From Macrostomum hystrix (Eukaryota > Animalia > Platyhelminthes): 64,000 bases of DNA. The stretch spans positions 1,860,001 to 1,924,000 of the forward strand of contig CATNEN010000024.1 of assembly GCA_950097015.1 (NCBI GenBank), read 5' to 3'. Below, piece by piece: positions 23,147 through 36,020 of this stretch (position 1 is its first letter; each line of letters begins with the position of its first letter). Position numbers and translations under genes: made by a program. The notes under the pieces were generated by a model. It made no database searches, was not told where the DNA came from, and saw only the letters and a list, made by a program, of their open reading frames with translations.

Positions 23147-26100
23147 TTACGAATCGCTATCCTCGTCATCGACACTGCCACCGCCTCCGCTGGCGCCGCC
23201 ACGCTGACCACCGTCGGCTTTGATCAGTCGCTCCATGCTGACTTCGCGACGATCGACACCGTCCAGCGGACCGCGTCTGGCGTGATAGCGACCGAGTATG
23301 AGGGCCAGGCTGAGGGCGAACACAACTATGGCAAAGCCGTGCCAGGCGAATATAACAGTGGCCAGCATTATGCTGTCGTGCTCGGCGCTGGCGACTTGAA
23401 AGCGGCGCAGCCAGGGCAGCGGAGGATACAGCATGGCGCCCACCTGCGGAATTGTTAGCAGAGTTTACTGGTGTGCATTGCAGATCGGATATTACAGGTG
23501 TTAATTACAGATGGGATATTACAGGTGTGCATTACAGTTAGGATATTGCAGGTGTGGATTGCAATTAGGATATTACAGGTGTGCATTACAGATTGGATAT
23601 TACAGGTGTGTATTGCAGATCGGATATTACAGGTGTGCATTACAGTTGGGATATTACAGGTGTGCATTACAGTTAGGATATTAAAGGTGTGCATTACAGT
23701 TGGGATATTACAGGTGTGCATTACAGATAGGATATTACAGGTGTGCATTACAGATAGGATATTACAGGTGTGCATTACAGTTAGGATATTAAAGGTGTGC
23801 ATTACAGTTAGGATATTACAGGTGTGCATTACAGATAGGATATTACAGGTGTGCATTACAGATAGGATATTACAGGTGTGCATTACAGTTAGGATATTAA
23901 AGGTGTGCATTACAGTTAGGATATTAAAGGTGTGCATTACAGTTAGGATATTAAAGGTGTGCATTACAGTTAGGATATTACAGGTGTGCATTACAGATAG
24001 GATATTACAGGTGTGCATTACAGATAGGATATTACAGGTGTGTATTACAGATAGGATATTACAGGTGTGCATTACAGATAGGACATTACAGGTGTGCATT
24101 ACAATTAGGATATTACAGGTGTGCATTACAATTAGGATATTACAGGTGTGCATTACAATTAGGATATTACAGGTGTGCATTACAGATAGGATGTTACAAG
24201 TTTGCATTACAGATGGGACATTACAGGTGTGCATTACAGATAGGATATTACAGGTGTGTATTACAGATAGGATATTACAGGTGTGCATTACAGATAGGAT
24301 ATTACAGGTGTGCATTACAGATAGGATATTACAGGTGTGCATTACAGATAGGATATTACAGGTGTGCATTACAGATAGGATATTACAGGTGTGCATTACA
24401 GTTAGAATATTACAGGTGTGCATTACAGATAGGATATTACAGGTGTGCATTACAGATAGGATATTACAGGTGTGCATTACAGATAGGATATTACAGGTGT
24501 GCATTACAATTAGGATATTGCAGGTGTGCATTACAGATAGGATATTACAGGTGTGTATTGCAGATCGGATACTACAGGTGTGCATTACAGTTAGGATATT
24601 ACAGGTGTGCATTACAGTTAGGATATTAAAGGTGTGCATTACAGTTAGGATATTACAGGTGTGCATTACAGTTAGGATATTGCAGGTGTGCATTACAGTT
24701 AGGATATTGCAGGTGTGCATTACAATTAGGACATTACAGGTGTGCATTACAGATAGGATATTACAGGTGTGCATTACAATTAGGATATTGCAGGTGTGCA
24801 TTACAGATAGGATATTACAGGTGTGTATTGCAGATCGGATATTACAGGTGTGCATTACAGTTAGGATATTACAGGTGTGCATTACAGTTAGGATATTAAA
24901 GGTGTGCATTACAGTTAGGATATTACAGGTGTGCATTACAGATAGGATATTACAGGTGTGCATTACAGATAGGATGTTACAAGTTTGCATTACAGATGGG
25001 ACATTACAGGTGTGCATTACAGATGGGATATTACAGGTGTGCATTACAGATAGGATATTACAGGTGTGCATTACAGATAGGATATTACAGGTGTGCATTA
25101 CAGATAGGATATTACAGGTGTGCATTACAGATAGGATATTACAGGTGTGCATTACAGATAGGATATTACAGGTGTGCATTACAGATAAGATATTACAGGT
25201 GTGCATTACAGTTAGGATATTAAAGGTGTGCATTACAGTTAGAATATTACAGGTGTGCATTACAGATAGGATATTACAGGTGTGCATTACAGATAGGATG
25301 TTACAAGTTTGCATTACAGATGGGACATTACAGGTGTGCATTACAGATAGGATATTACAGGTGTGTATTACAGATAGGATATTACAGGTGTGCATTACAG
25401 ATAGGATATTACAGGTGTGCATTACAATTAAGATATTGCAGGTGTGCATTACAGATAGGATATTACAGGTGTGCATTACAGATAGGATATGACAGGTGTG
25501 CATTACAGTTAGGATATTACAGGTGTGCATTACAGTTAGGATATTACAGGTGTGCATTACAGTTAGGATAATAGGCAGTCAAGCAGTCGGCTACTGAAAT
25601 TTAAATATTTGCCTTCAATTCAGTGGCCCACCGTGGCATCAATTAGCCTCACCTGTATAAACCAGGTGCCCTGCAGAGTGGTGAAGAAGCAGCGAGCCAG
25701 AGCCGGCAATGGGTTCCGCGGACTGCGCAGTTCAAGCAGCAGGGCCAGGACGCAGCTCCAGACTGCGTACACCAGCAGCGTGTGCAGCACCACGTCGATC
25801 TAGACAGCGCAGTAAAACAATTACAAATTGAAAAATGTAATTGGGATCTATGAATTTGCCGCATACTACTAATAATAATATTTTCAAGAGGGCTGCTGGC
25901 AAAATGGCATATCATTTTGGTGACACTAGACCCTCAGCCAGCGATGAGGCAATTCTGCCAATTCCGCTGACTCCTGAGAACACACGCACACAGACACTGT
26001 ACGCAGGCACACACTCACGCAGGTGTGTACATCTGCCATGACTATCTCGTCGTCGGGTAGTGTACAATCACTGTACCTTGGAGATTGGCCCTTAAATTGC

Positions 26101-26730
26101 ACGACAAGCCCCCTCTCTGCGGCTGTGCCGCAAATAAATGTGGCCTCGCCGCGGAATCGAGCTCAGGAAAATGGGTGCGAGGAGCGAACGCGTCAGACCG
26201 CTCTGCCACCGACCCCCTGAATTTACCGCAACGTTTATATGACCACTAAACCAAGATTATAAGTAAAGATTAACCATCTAATAGCTTCAGAACCAGCCAA
26301 CCTGGGTCCTGCTATGCAGATGAAAGGTGAACAGAATGCCTTCAACACAGAAGGCCAGCAGGCAGACGGCATAGTCGGCACCAGGCGGCAGCGGGGCCTT
26401 GCAGTGGGCGGCAATGTCGATAATGCCAGACAGGCCAAAGCAGGCGTACATTGTGGCGTGCTGGCCATTGCCAAAGAATGTGAACCGGTGGTCCTCAAAG
26501 GCGGTGACAATCTCGGCTATCATGCCAATGCCGCAGCAGACCACCTTAATTAGGCCTTCCATTGGCAGGCGAACGCAGCAGCAGCAGCAGGCATAGACCA
26601 GGGTGGATCGGTAGGCTGGGCCGCGCCTGTACTTGGCCCGATAGTAGCGGCTCAGCACAGAATGGAACCACCAGAGACCGAACAATAGGAAGAAGGAGCC
26701 AGGCAGTAGGTGGCCAAGAAATGTACCCAT
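23147..26730 (-). CDS. TMEM45: TMEM45-family membrane protein, 3 exons, 290 aa
   Basis: Exons 26730-26302, 25799-25653 and 23443-23147, all phase 0 with GT-AG. Motifs MGTFLGHLLPGSFFLLFGLWW, NGQHATMYACFGLSGIID, FTFHLHSR, DVVLHTLL, LQGTWFIQVGAMLYPP and IFAWH are characteristic of TMEM45A/B (DUF716). Confidence 0.92.
23470..25570. repeat. 27-bp intronic minisatellite (ACAGGTGTGCATTACAGATAGGATATT), about 78 copies, in TMEM45 intron 2
   Basis: Direct inspection; explains the 700-aa and 673-aa nine-residue-periodic ORFs. Confidence 0.97.
25889..26219 (+). repeat. Dispersed ~320-bp repeat family, copy in TMEM45 intron 1
   Basis: CATATCATTTTGGTGACACTAGACCC...GTGTGTACATCTGCC...CGGAATCGAGCTCAGG aligns by eye with 84-405. 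Confidence 0.8.
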
Positions 26731-27896
26731 GACTGCTGTTTGGCTGGCTGAAAACCATAAGTCAAATTTCCATGTGCACTAAAAAGTAAAAGCATGTGCT
26801 ATTTTTAATCACTAGCAACTTTAATGTTATTTGCTTAACCCTGCTAAACAAATCTTTTTTTACTGAAAGGATATAAATAACCCTAATGGAGCCAATTTAA
26901 AAAAGCTGCGGACACTCCTGCTAGGCGCGCAGGTGCACAGTTGTTTTCAAGAAAAAGAGTGCAAATCCGCAATTGCTATATATCTTCAGTCTGACTCAAT
27001 GTAGTAATTGATTTCTAAAAAATGTTGAAAGACCTTTTTTTGATTGCCGTAGTGTATTTCTATAATTAGAACAGCTAAGGTTGTCTTTTCACACTCGGGC
27101 ACTGCGGAGCATGTATATGTGTAGGGGCACAAGGGTGCACTGTTTGTTATACATCTACATACTTCCGACAACTTTACACACACAAGGCGCAGCCGCGTGG
27201 ACAGGAAATTCTTTCTGCGCATCCAATTTTTCACAAGTGCGCCGGACGCTGTCCACAAAAACCCTTATTGGCTCCAATAGGGATCAATCACCTCTATTTG
27301 CAGTATGAGTTTTATGATTAGATAAGCTTTTTAATGTACACTTACAAAAAACAAAGAACAAACAAGTAGCAAGAAATGATGAGGTTTTATACTATCTCAG
27401 CAATATCATAATTGATAATTTTTTTAAAGTTTTAGTTGGCCTAAATAACTAATAAACTAGCAAAAAAAGTTGCATTTTATCTACTTTACAACCAAAAAAT
27501 GTTCTGATAAGCTTTAACTTAAAGTAGCTAATCTACATTAAGAAAATGATCATTCTTAGCAGCTGGCTAACTAAACTAGCCTAGAAAAAAATATATAGAG
27601 CCTATAACAGTAGCTATAAAGCAAGATAGTATAAGACTATAATCTATATTTAAGGGTATGTGCAACAAGGACTTATATGTTGATTTATATATATAAAGGC
27701 CAATTTCTAACCCTATTGAAATAATTTGACAAATTGCATCCGACCATTTGTTGAATTTTCTGACTTTTTTGTGTCAGTTGAGTTGCAGAGTGTCGCAACC
27801 ACATCGCTACACAGTGTTGCATTGTTAGGTTAGGCTAAAACACTGGTTAGGATAATATTAGCATTCTATGTAGTGTCCCAGTTTCAAGCCATATTT

Positions 27897-28367
27897 ACGT
27901 CTATACTTCCAGTACCAGAACCAGTACCAGAACCAGTACCAGAAAAAAATTATGTTATAGCCAACAAAAAATCGACAAGCAACTAATAAAAAGACTTCTA
28001 ACAGATGAAATACTTATATATCGGTCCGAAAATATCATTATTGAGAATAAAATTAATAAATATCGACGGACTTGCGCACAACACACAAAGAATCGTTTAC
28101 TTTCACAAAACGTTTTCTAATATATGTTTTTCATAGAATAAAACAAATTTGCTCAACCAACTAAGTAAACGAATACAAAAAGCGGTTTACTAAATATCGC
28201 AACTACTAAAATAACAACTCAAAACTCACCTCATTAAATGTGTTTGTATAATTTATTATTTTTATAATCATCGTAAACTTCATCAAAAAAACTAAAAATA
28301 TAACCTCACTTTTGCGCTTCGCAGGATTATTACTCGTACATGATATACAGCTGAGAGCAATGATAAG
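27897..28367 (+). repeat. Left TIR, unique outer part (~470 bp) with three 12-bp subterminal repeats CCAGTACCAGAA (27909-27944)
   Basis: Reverse complement of about 43037-43506, with only a few substitutions or indels seen. Confidence 0.95.
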
Positions 28368-31300
28368 GAAGGAAACATTATCTGTGAACACGGCTGTAAA
28401 ATTTCAGAGCCCTGACTAGTCGCGTCTCGGAGTTGTAGACCCTCGAGTCCCCCCCACTCTGATATCTCCCATTTTAAAAGTACTTTTCGTCACCTCACTG
28501 AATCTGGTGGTCAGACGAGGCTGAAAACTCAGATCTGGAAGGAAACATTATCTGTGAATACGGCTGTAAAATTTCAGAGCCCTGACTAGTCGCGTCTCGA
28601 AGTTGTAGACCCTCGAGTCCCCCCCACTCTGATATCTCCCATTTTAAAAGTACTTTTCGTCACCTCACTGAATCTGGTGGTCAAAAAAAGCTGAAATCTC
28701 AGATCTGGAAGGAAACATTATCTGTGAACACGGCTGTAAAATTTCAGAGCCCTGACTAGTCGCGTCTCGGAGTTGTAGACCCTCGAGTCCCCCCCACTCT
28801 GATATCTCCCATTTTAAAAGTACTTTTCGTCACCTCACTGAATCTGGTGGTCAGACGAGGCTAAAAACTCAGATCTGGAAGGAAACATTATCTGTAAACA
28901 CGGCTGTAAAATTTCAGAGCCCTGACTAGTCGCGTCTCGGAGTTGTAGACCCTCGAGTCCCCCCCACTCTGATATCTCCCATTTTAAAAGTACTTTTCGT
29001 CACCTCACTGAATCTGGTGGTCAGACGAGGCTGAAAACTCAGATCTGGAAGGAAACATTATCTGTGAATACGGCTGTAAAATTTCAGAGCCCTGACTAGT
29101 CGCGTCTCGGAGTTGTAGACCCTCGAGTCCCCCCCACTCTGATATCTCCCATTTTAAAAGTACTTTTCGTCACCTCACTGAATCTGGTGGTCAGACGAGG
29201 CTGAAAACTCAGATCTGGAAGGAAACATTATCTGTGAATACGGCTGTAAAATTTCAGAGCCCTGACTAGTCGCGTCTCGAAGTTGTAGACCCTCGAGTCC
29301 CCCCCACTCTGATATCTCCCATTTTTAAAGTACTTTTCGTCACCTCACTGAATCTGGTGGTCAAAAAAAGCTGAAATCTCAGATCTGGAAGGAAACATTA
29401 TCTGTGAACACGGCTGTAAAATTTCAGAGCCCTGACTAGTCGCGTCTCGGAGTTGTAGACCCTCGAGTCCCCCCCACTCTGATATCTCCCATTTTAAAAG
29501 TACTTTTCGTCACCTCACTGAATCTGGTGGTCAAAAAAAGCTGAAAACTCAGATCTGAAAGGAAACATTATCTGTGAACACGGCTGTAAAATTTCAGAGC
29601 CCTGACTAGTCGCGTCTCGGAGTTGTAGACCCTCGAGTCCCCCCCACTCTGATATCTCCCATTTTAAAAGTACTTTTCGTCACCTCACTGAATCTGGTGG
29701 TCAGACGAGGCTGAAAACTCAGATCTGGAAGGAAACATTATCTGTGAACACGGCTGTAAAATTTCAGAGCCCTGACTAGTCGCGTCTCGGAGTTGTAGAC
29801 CCTCGAGTCCCCCCCACTCTGATATCTCCCATTTTAAAAGTACTTTTCGTCACCTCACTGAATCTGGTGGTCAGACGAGGCTGAAAACTCAAATCTGGAA
29901 GGAAACATTATCTGTGAACACGGCTGTAAAATTTCAGAGCCCTGACTAGTCGCGTCTCGGAGTTGTAGACCCTCGAGTCCCCCCCACTCTGATATCTCCC
30001 ATTTTAAAAGTACTTTTCGTCACCTCACTGAATCTGGTGGTCAAAAAAAGCTGAAATCTCAGATCTGGAAGGAAACATTATCTGTGAATAACGTTCTAAA
30101 ATTTCAGAGCCCTGACTAGTCGCGTCTCGAAGTTGTAGACCCTCGAGTCCCCCCCACTCTGATATCTCCCATTTTAAAAGTACTTTTCGTCACCTCACTG
30201 AATCTGGTGGTCAAAAAAAGCTGAAATCTCAGATCTGGAAGGAAACATTATCTGTGAACACGGCTGTAAAATTTCAGAGCCCTGACTAGTCGCGTCTCGG
30301 AGTTGTAGACCCTCGAGTCCCCCCCACTCTGATATCTCCCATTTTAAAAGTACTTTTCGTCACCTCACTGAATCTGGTGGTCAGACGAGGCTGAAAACTC
30401 AGATCTGGAAGGAAACATTATCTGTGAATACGGCTGTAAAATTTCAGAGCCCTGACTAGTCGCGTCTCGAAGTTGTAGACCCTCGAGTCCCCCCCACTCT
30501 GATATCTCCCATTTTAAAAGTACTTTTCGTCACCTCACTGAATCTGGTGGTCAAAAAAAGCTGAAATCTCAGATCTGGAAGGAAACATTATCTGTGAACA
30601 CGGCTGTAAAATTTCAGAGCCCTGACTAGTCGCGTCTCGGAGTTGTAGACCCTCGAGTCCCCCCCACTCTGATATCTCCCATTTTAAAAGTACTTTTCGT
30701 CACCTCACTGAATCTGGTGGTCAAAAAAAGCTGAAATCTCAGATCTGGAAGGAAACATTATCTGTGAACACGGCTGTAAAATTTCAGAGCCCTGACTAGT
30801 CGCGTCTCGGAGTTGTAGACCCTCGAGTCCCCCCCACTCTGATATCTCCCATTTTAAAAGTACTTTTCGTCACCTCACTGAATCTGGTGGTCAGACGAGG
30901 CTGAAAACTCAGATCTGGAAGGAAACATTATCTGTGAATACGGCTGTAAAATTTCAGAGCCCTGACTAGTCGCGTCTCGAAGTTGTAGACCCTCGAGTCC
31001 CCCCCACTCTGATATCTCCCATTTTAAAAGTACTTTTCGTCACCTCACTGAATCTGGTGGTCAAAAAAAGCTGAAATCTCAGATCTGGAAGGAAACATTA
31101 TCTGTGAACACGGCTGTAAAATTTCAGAGCCCTGACTAGTCGCGTCTCGGAGTTGTAGACCCTCGAGTCCCCCCCACTCTGATATCTCCCATTTTAAAAG
31201 TACTTTTCGTCACCTCACTGAATCTGGTGGTCAGACGAGGCTAAAAACTCAGATCTGGAAGGAAACATTATCTGTAAACACGGCTGTAAAATTTCAGAGC

Positions 31301-34014
31301 CCTGACTAGTCGCGTCTCGGAGTTGTAGACCCTCGAGTCCCCCCCACTCTGATATCTCCCATTTTAAAAGTACTTTTCGTCACCTCACTGAATCTGGTGG
31401 TCAGACGAGGCTAAAAACTCAGATCTGGAAGGAAACATTATCTGTAAACACGGCTGTAAAATTTCAGAGCCCTGACTAGTCGCGTCTCGGAGTTGTAGAC
31501 CCTCGAGTCCCCCCCACTCTGATATCTCCCATTTTAAAAGTACTTTTCGTCACCTCACTGAATCTGGTGGTCAGACGAGGCTGAAAACTCAGATCTGGAA
31601 GGAAACATTATCTGTGAATACGGCTGTAAAATTTCAGAGCCCTGACTAGTCGCGTCTCGAAGTTGTAGACCCTCGAGTCCCCCCCACTCTGATATCTCCC
31701 ATTTTAAAAGTACTTTTCGTCACCTCACTGAATCTGGTGGTCAAAAAAAGCTGAAATCTCAGATCTGGAAGGAAACATTATCTGTGAACACGGCTGTAAA
31801 ATTTCAGAGCCCTGACTAGTCGCGTCTCGGAGTTGTAGACCCTCGAGTCCCCCCCACTCTGATATCTCCCATTTTAAAAGTACTTTTCGTCACCTCACTG
31901 AATCTGGTGGTCAGACGAGGCTAAAAACTCAGATCTGGAAGGAAACATTATCTGTAAACACGGCTGTAAAATTTCAGAGCCCTGACTAGTCGCGTCTCGG
32001 AGTTGTAGACCCTCGAGTCCCCCCCACTCTGATATCTCCCATTTTAAAAGTACTTTTCGTCACCTCACTGAATCTGGTGGTCAGACGAGGCTGAAAACTC
32101 AGATCTGGAAGGAAACATTATCTGTGAATACGGCTGTAAAATTTCAGAGCCCTGACTAGTCGCGTCTCGGAGTTGTAGACCCTCGAGTCCCCCCCACTCT
32201 GATATCTCCCATTTTAAAAGTACTTTTCGTCACCTCACTGAATCTGGTGGTCAGACGAGGCTGAAAACTCAGATCTGGAAGGAAACATTATCTGTGAATA
32301 CGGCTGTAAAATTTCAGAGCCCTGACTAGTCGCGTCTCGAAGTTGTAGACCCTCGAGTCCCCCCCACTCTGATATCTCCCATTTTTAAAGTACTTTTCGT
32401 CACCTCACTGAATCTGGTGGTCAAAAAAAGCTGAAATCTCAGATCTGGAAGGAAACATTATCTGTGAACACGGCTGTAAAATTTCAGAGCCCTGACTAGT
32501 CGCGTCTCGGAGTTGTAGACCCTCGAGTCCCCCCCACTCTGATATCTCCCATTTTAAAAGTACTTTTCGTCACCTCACTGAATCTGGTGGTCAGACGAGG
32601 CTGAAAACTCAAATCTGGAAGGAAACATTATCTGTGAACACGGCTGTAAAATTTCAGAGCCCTGACTAGTCGCGTCTCGGAGTTGTAGACCCTCGAGTCC
32701 CCCCCACTCTGATATCTCCCATTTTAAAAGTACTTTTCGTCACCTCACTGAATCTGGTGGTCAAAAAAAGCTGAAATCTCAGATCTGGAAGGAAACATTA
32801 TCTGTGAATAACGTTCTAAAATTTCAGAGCCCTGACTAGTCGCGTCTCGAAGTTGTAGACCCTCGAGTCCCCCCCACTCTGATATCTCCCATTTTAAAAG
32901 TACTTTTCGTCACCTCACTGAATCTGGTGGTCAAAAAAAGCTGAAATCTCAGATCTGGAAGGAAACATTATCTGTGAACACGGCTGTAAAATTTCAGAGC
33001 CCTGACTAGTCGCGTCTCGGAGTTGTAGACCCTCGAGTCCCCCCCACTCTGATATCTCCCATTTTAAAAGTACTTTTCGTCACCTCACTGAATCTGGTGG
33101 TCAGACGAGGCTGAAAACTCAGATCTGGAAGGAAACATTATCTGTGAATACGGCTGTAAAATTTCAGAGCCCTGACTAGTCGCGTCTCGAAGTTGTAGAC
33201 CCTCGAGTCCCCCCCACTCTGATATCTCCCATTTTAAAAGTACTTTTCGTCACCTCACTGAATCTGGTGGTCAAAAAAAGCTGAAATCTCAGATCTGGAA
33301 GGAAACATTATCTGTGAACACGGCTGTAAAATTTCAGAGCCCTGACTAGTCGCGTCTCGGAGTTGTAGACCCTCGAGTCCCCCCCACTCTGATATCTCCC
33401 ATTTTAAAAGTACTTTTCGTCACCTCACTGAATCTGGTGGTCAGACGAGGCTGAAAACTCAAATCTGGAAGGAAACATTATCTGTGAACACGGCTGTAAA
33501 ATTTCAGAGCCCTGACTAGTCGCGTCTCGGAGTTGTAGACCCTCGAGTCCCCCCCACTCTGATATCTCCCATTTTAAAAGTACTTTTCGTCACCTCACTG
33601 AATCTGGTGGTCAAAAAAAGCTGAAATCTCAGATCTGGAAGGAAACATTATCTGTGAATAACGTTCTAAAATTTCAGAGCCCTGACTAGTCGCGTCTCGA
33701 AGTTGTAGACCCTCGAGTCCCCCCCACTCTGATATCTCCCATTTTAAAAGTACTTTTCGTCACCTCACTGAATCTGGTGGTCAAAAAAAGCTGAAATCTC
33801 AGATCTGGAAGGAAACATTATCTGTGAACACGGCTGTAAAATTTCAGAGACCTGACTAGTCGCGTCTCGGAGTTGTAGACCCTCGAGTCCCCCCCACTCT
33901 GATATCTCCCATTTTAAAAGTACTTTTCGTCACCTCACTGAATCTGGTGGTCAGACGAGGCTGAAAACTCAGATCTGGAAGGAAACATTATCTGTGAACA
34001 CGACTGTAAAATTT
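28368..34014 (+). repeat. Left-arm satellite array, 170-bp unit, 33 full copies plus a partial
   Basis: GGAAACATTA recurs every 170 nt from 28371 to 33981. Confidence 0.98.
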
Positions 34015-34496
34015 TTCAAGTTTGTGGAAGAATCTGAAAAAGGAGGTTTTGAAGGAGCTATTGTTTCTGTAGTTTTTTTTTCGTTTTTTCAGTTTGTTTC
34101 GATTTAGCCTAATATAATATAAGTTTTTCTTTTGGTATATTTTTCGTGAGCCCTCCTCTTTTTGAAACCAGGCTTGGGACTGGCTTAGGCAGAGTTTTTC
34201 ACAAAGTCTTTAATACATTTTTAGTTTTAGTTTTTTGTAAGATTTTTGTTTTTTTAAGCGTTTTGTTGGTTTTAGTGTTTTTGTTTCACACAAAAGCCAA
34301 TATTTACGAGTAGATAAGTCTTACAATATTTTGCAGCTTAGATTATTCACAGTTTTACATGCAAACCGGTGGTATAATTTTTTACAGAATTGACTTGTCC
34401 TTATTAAAAAACTACAGATTTGACATTTCATTTTTAAGCAAGTAGCTTTTAGTAATTAGTTTATTTTTTCACTGCACTCTTGGTGCATCCATCCAG

Positions 34497-36020
34497 CTAT
34501 CGCGTTGCTGCGTACTCGGCGCAGCAGCAGACGTAGCCGTTGGACGCGTGGCGCTGGTGCATATCTTTCGATGCACACTCATGGTGCAGCCATGAATCAC
34601 AAAGATCACATTGCAGCCAAGTTCCAGTCGCACTGGGTTCAGCTTCATGACAGCGAACGCACGAGTTGGTGGATTCTTCATTTTCTCTTTCCAAGTCTTT
34701 CCAGATGCAGATTCGAGCTCTGTTAAGAAATCCCTCCGTCGTTGGAAAGCACAAAGCTCGGAACTCGGTATCAACGGATGTTACTAGAACTTTCGCGTAC
34801 AGACAGACAAATACACCACAGCTATGACCATCAAACTGCAATGATCTCAACATTGATTTATTTTTATACGTACCTAAAATTTCTGGCATGTCTTCGCGAA
34901 TACTGGCGGTGCTTTGGATTAGGTTTTGCCATAGTTTTATAAAATGTTTTGGTATCGACTTATCTGAGATAGGTTTTGTGTCTAGGACAGCTAATTCTTT
35001 GCGTGTTGTGTCAATATAGACTAAGTAGAAGTGGTCGTTCTGAAGGATCGGACAGATCAAACGGGTGCATTTGTTTGAAACTGTCGCTCTTAGCATTTCA
35101 ATTGCAGCGCTCGAATCTCCTTTGCGAATGCAGCTAAAGAAGCTAGATGGTAGGTGGCCCGCTTTGCTGTTTGGGTTGCATACGCAAAGTAGATGTATGA
35201 ATGAATTTACTACTCCGACAGAAAGCCACTTTCCGGGTTCCAATGATTGTCTATCAAACTCAGTTAGGAAATCTCCAGCGCGGGTGCACCACACCTGTTC
35301 CCGTTCTGCTGTGCCTTGCTGCTTTCTATTCTTTGTCGCTGATTCTGTTCTCTGTCGCTTGTACTTTGAACGACTAACCCGCTCGGCCCTTCGCCACTCC
35401 TCGCGAGAAAAAGAAATATCTTCGTGCTTTCTCTTCCTTCCAGATAAAGTTGCTTTTCCCACTTTGTTGATTATGTCAAAGGCTGTTAATCTTGTTTTTA
35501 AATATTTTAACCGTCCGCAAATAAAACTCGACACGTTCACCCTGGAAGCCTTGCCGAACCTTGTTTTTCGAGATTTAACGTCAGAAAAGTACGATTCTAC
35601 ATAAGAGTTTGAAAACCAACTTTTATTCTTTCTGAAGCTCTTGATACTCCCGATGAAATGGCAGAACAATGGAGCTAAACTACACCAGTGCTTCAGCAAG
35701 TAAACCAGAAGTTTTGGTGAGTAATAGCTTTTAAATGGCCCGGCTGGCTCGTCGGTTGCATCAATACTTGCCTGTCGGGACTTAAAAAGAAAAATGTACG
35801 GAGAGCTTTCGCGCAGAGAAGCAAATCGAGAACTTTCGGCCTGCTCTTCCTTATTGTTATTTATTTCATCGTCGTTGTAGAGCAAATATTCTTCGTCCAC
35901 GGGCTCAGTTTCCCAATTGTTAATCGCTGATCTTAATTCTTTCGGATCTCGCTGCCCTAAAAATGTATCTACAGTCAGACTCAAGGTAGTTTCAAACGCT
36001 TCAAAAGTCTCCTGATGCAA
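34497..36020 (-). CDS. C-terminal part of the transposase polyprotein: third catalytic Glu, Ulp1/SENP (C48)-type cysteine protease and PHD finger
   Basis: FSNSYVESYFSDVK (MULE N-x2-E motif); WLSVGVVNSFIHLL, ILQNDHFYLVYID, VLDT and LQFDGHSCGVFVC (His-Asp-Gln-Cys of C48 proteases); CVRC...WLQCDLCDSWLHHEC...YVCCC (PHD-like C4HC3). Confidence 0.9.
   Translation of the reverse strand: MHQETFEAFETTLSLTVDTFLGQRDPKELRSAINNWETEPVDEEYLLYNDDEINNNKEEQAESSRFASLRESSPYIFLFKSRQASIDATDEPAGPFKSYYSPKLLVYLLKHWCSLAPLFCHFIGSIKSFRKNKSWFSNSYVESYFSDVKSRKTRFGKASRVNVSSFICGRLKYLKTRLTAFDIINKVGKATLSGRKRKHEDISFSREEWRRAERVSRSKYKRQRTESATKNRKQQGTAEREQVWCTRAGDFLTEFDRQSLEPGKWLSVGVVNSFIHLLCVCNPNSKAGHLPSSFFSCIRKGDSSAAIEMLRATVSNKCTRLICPILQNDHFYLVYIDTTRKELAVLDTKPISDKSIPKHFIKLWQNLIQSTASIREDMPEILGTYKNKSMLRSLQFDGHSCGVFVCLYAKVLVTSVDTEFRALCFPTTEGFLNRARICIWKDLERENEESTNSCVRCHEAEPSATGTWLQCDLCDSWLHHECASKDMHQRHASNGYVCCCAEYAATR

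Noticed and set aside
23455-25557. 700-aa and 673-aa ORFs
   Set aside because: Pure nine-residue periodicity from a stop-free 27-bp unit inside a GT-AG intron of TMEM45.
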